From an uncultured Bacteroidia bacterium (GTDB taxonomy: Bacteria > Bacteroidota > Bacteroidia > Bacteroidales > UBA932), in contig CACZHP010000001.1 in assembly GCA_902780935.1 (NCBI GenBank), positions 129,264 through 193,263 on the forward strand: a stretch of DNA of 64,000 bases, given 5' to 3'. The translations under genes were made by a program, and so were the position numbers. How positions within the stretch are numbered: position 1 is the first letter of the stretch; each line of letters starts with the position of its first letter. A model generated the notes under the pieces. It was not told the DNA's origin. It did not search any database and was given only the letters and a program-made list of their open reading frames with translations. This document shows positions 62,837 through 64,000 of this stretch, piece after piece.

Positions 62837-64000
62837 ATGAGACTCGACAAAAACATATTGAAGAAGGCGGCCGTTTATCTCGGCATAGTCTTGTTTTTCC
62901 TGGTCCTGGCATATTCCACTGTGCCTCAAGTTCTTTCGGGCAAGATTGTGAACCAGGGCGATATCGTCGGCTACAACAGTATGGCCAAGGAGACAATTAG
63001 CTTCAAGGGAGCTAATCCGGAGGATGTGCCAAGATGGACCGGCTCGATGTTCGGCGGGATGCCCAATACGTCCTTCAACGCCTCAAGCAATGGCGACTTG
63101 ACCAGCAATATCTATTGGAAGTTGTTCGCGGGAAAGCGGCCGGCGAACTGGCTTTTTGTCTCATTGCTGGGAGCCTTTCTTTTGATGCTGGCTCTGGGCG
63201 TTGATAAGTTCCTTGCAATCGGAGGCGCTATAGCCATAACCTATTGCTCGTATAATTTTCAGATAATCAAGGTCGGGCATAATACCAAGATGGAAGCCTT
63301 GTCTTTGGTTCCTTGGGTCTTGGCGGCATTGATATTCACTTACAAGACCGCGGTGAAAAAGGACGGTCCTTGGAAGAAGTGGCTGCCTCTGACCATCTTG
63401 GGAGCGGCTCTTTTCGGACTGGCGGTGAGCATGCAGATCAAGTCCAGCCATCAGCAGATCACCTATTACCTTGCCCTGATGATCGTCGTCTATGTGGTCG
63501 CCCTTTTCATATGGATGTTGGCTTCCAAGCAGTTCCGCTTGAAAGCCGGGCGTTTTTTCGCGGCATCATTTGCCTTGCTGGTTTTGGGCTTGGCTGGCGT
63601 GGGTACCAACGCCAACAAGCTGGCTCCACTCTACGAGTACACGAAATACACTATGAGAGGCGGGACAGAGCTCTCGCATCCGACCGGGGGAAATGTCAAC
63701 AGCGAAGGGCTCCAGATAGACTATGCGACCTCATGGTCCTACGGCTGGGAAGAGCTTCCTAACCTGATGATTCCCAATTTCAACGGAGGATCTTCCGCCG
63801 GGGCTGTCAACCCGGACAAGTCCGAGGTTGTCAAGTTGTTCAAGCGCGCCGGCCAGGGCAACCCGAGGGAGATAGCCAAAGCCCTTCCCCTTTATTGGGG
63901 GCCGCAGCCTTTCACCGCAGGGCCTATGTACATGGGGGCGATAACAGTGTTCCTGTTCCTGCTCGGATTGTTCCTCTATAAGGGGAAAGAGAAATGGTGG
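62837..64000 (+). CDS. YfhO family multi-pass membrane protein (GT-C-like), 3' end beyond the window
   Basis: Not in the ORF track because no stop lies in the window; manual translation MRLDKNILKK...QGD...RWTGSMFGGMP...GHNTK...HQQITYYL...SWSYG...YWGPQPFTAGPMYMG. Confidence 0.85.
   Translation, partial: MRLDKNILKKAAVYLGIVLFFLVLAYSTVPQVLSGKIVNQGDIVGYNSMAKETISFKGANPEDVPRWTGSMFGGMPNTSFNASSNGDLTSNIYWKLFAGKRPANWLFVSLLGAFLLMLALGVDKFLAIGGAIAITYCSYNFQIIKVGHNTKMEALSLVPWVLAALIFTYKTAVKKDGPWKKWLPLTILGAALFGLAVSMQIKSSHQQITYYLALMIVVYVVALFIWMLASKQFRLKAGRFFAASFALLVLGLAGVGTNANKLAPLYEYTKYTMRGGTELSHPTGGNVNSEGLQIDYATSWSYGWEELPNLMIPNFNGGSSAGAVNPDKSEVVKLFKRAGQGNPREIAKALPLYWGPQPFTAGPMYMGAITVFLFLLGLFLYKGKEKWW

Noticed and set aside
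1-64000. CRISPR arrays, tRNA/rRNA genes, IS elements, integrases
   Set aside because: No regularly spaced direct repeats, cloverleaf or rRNA-like segments, or transposase/recombinase motifs were seen; intergenic gaps are nearly all too short to hold them
58830-64000. Functional link between mutS and the GT4-yfhO genes
   Set aside because: A separate -7 promoter box at 61504 indicates independent transcription, so the adjacency is probably incidental

Overview
A gene-dense window from a Bacteroidota (Bacteroidales-type) chromosome. The assignment rests on TAnnTTTG promoter boxes, the glyQS/nhaA/YfhO/ribosomal protein types and the CAZyme load; finer taxonomy cannot be fixed from sequence alone. 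It carries many secreted glycoside hydrolases (GH31, GH29, two GH97, GH95-like, two GH43-like, GH116, GH2, GH27) but no SusC/SusD pair or regulator. Housekeeping genes include glyQS, nhaA, ahcY, fabG, mutS2, cdaA, uvrC, dnaE and mutS. It also has a 3-ketoglycoside-type module (Tat-exported Gfo/Idh/MocA plus HEAT-DUF1080) and envelope glycosylation genes (GtrA/flavoprotein/membrane protein, manC-like, GT4, YfhO). No tRNA, rRNA, CRISPR array, transposase or prophage was recognised. The most notable observations are: (1) an isolated rplC-rpsC block with its own promoter and terminator, whose rpsS has lost about 91 nt and is frameshifted; (2) a glycerol-1-phosphate-dehydrogenase-family gene followed by a stand-alone phospho-histidine swivel domain resembling PTS Enzyme I stripped of its other domains; (3) an orphan ~115-nt sRNA candidate with promoter, 5' hairpin and terminator; (4) a fabG-gtrA-flavoprotein-GT-C-like operon suggesting an uncharacterised lipid-linked sugar modification pathway; (5) several genes shortened by internal deletion. 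All family calls come from motif recognition by eye, not from database searches.
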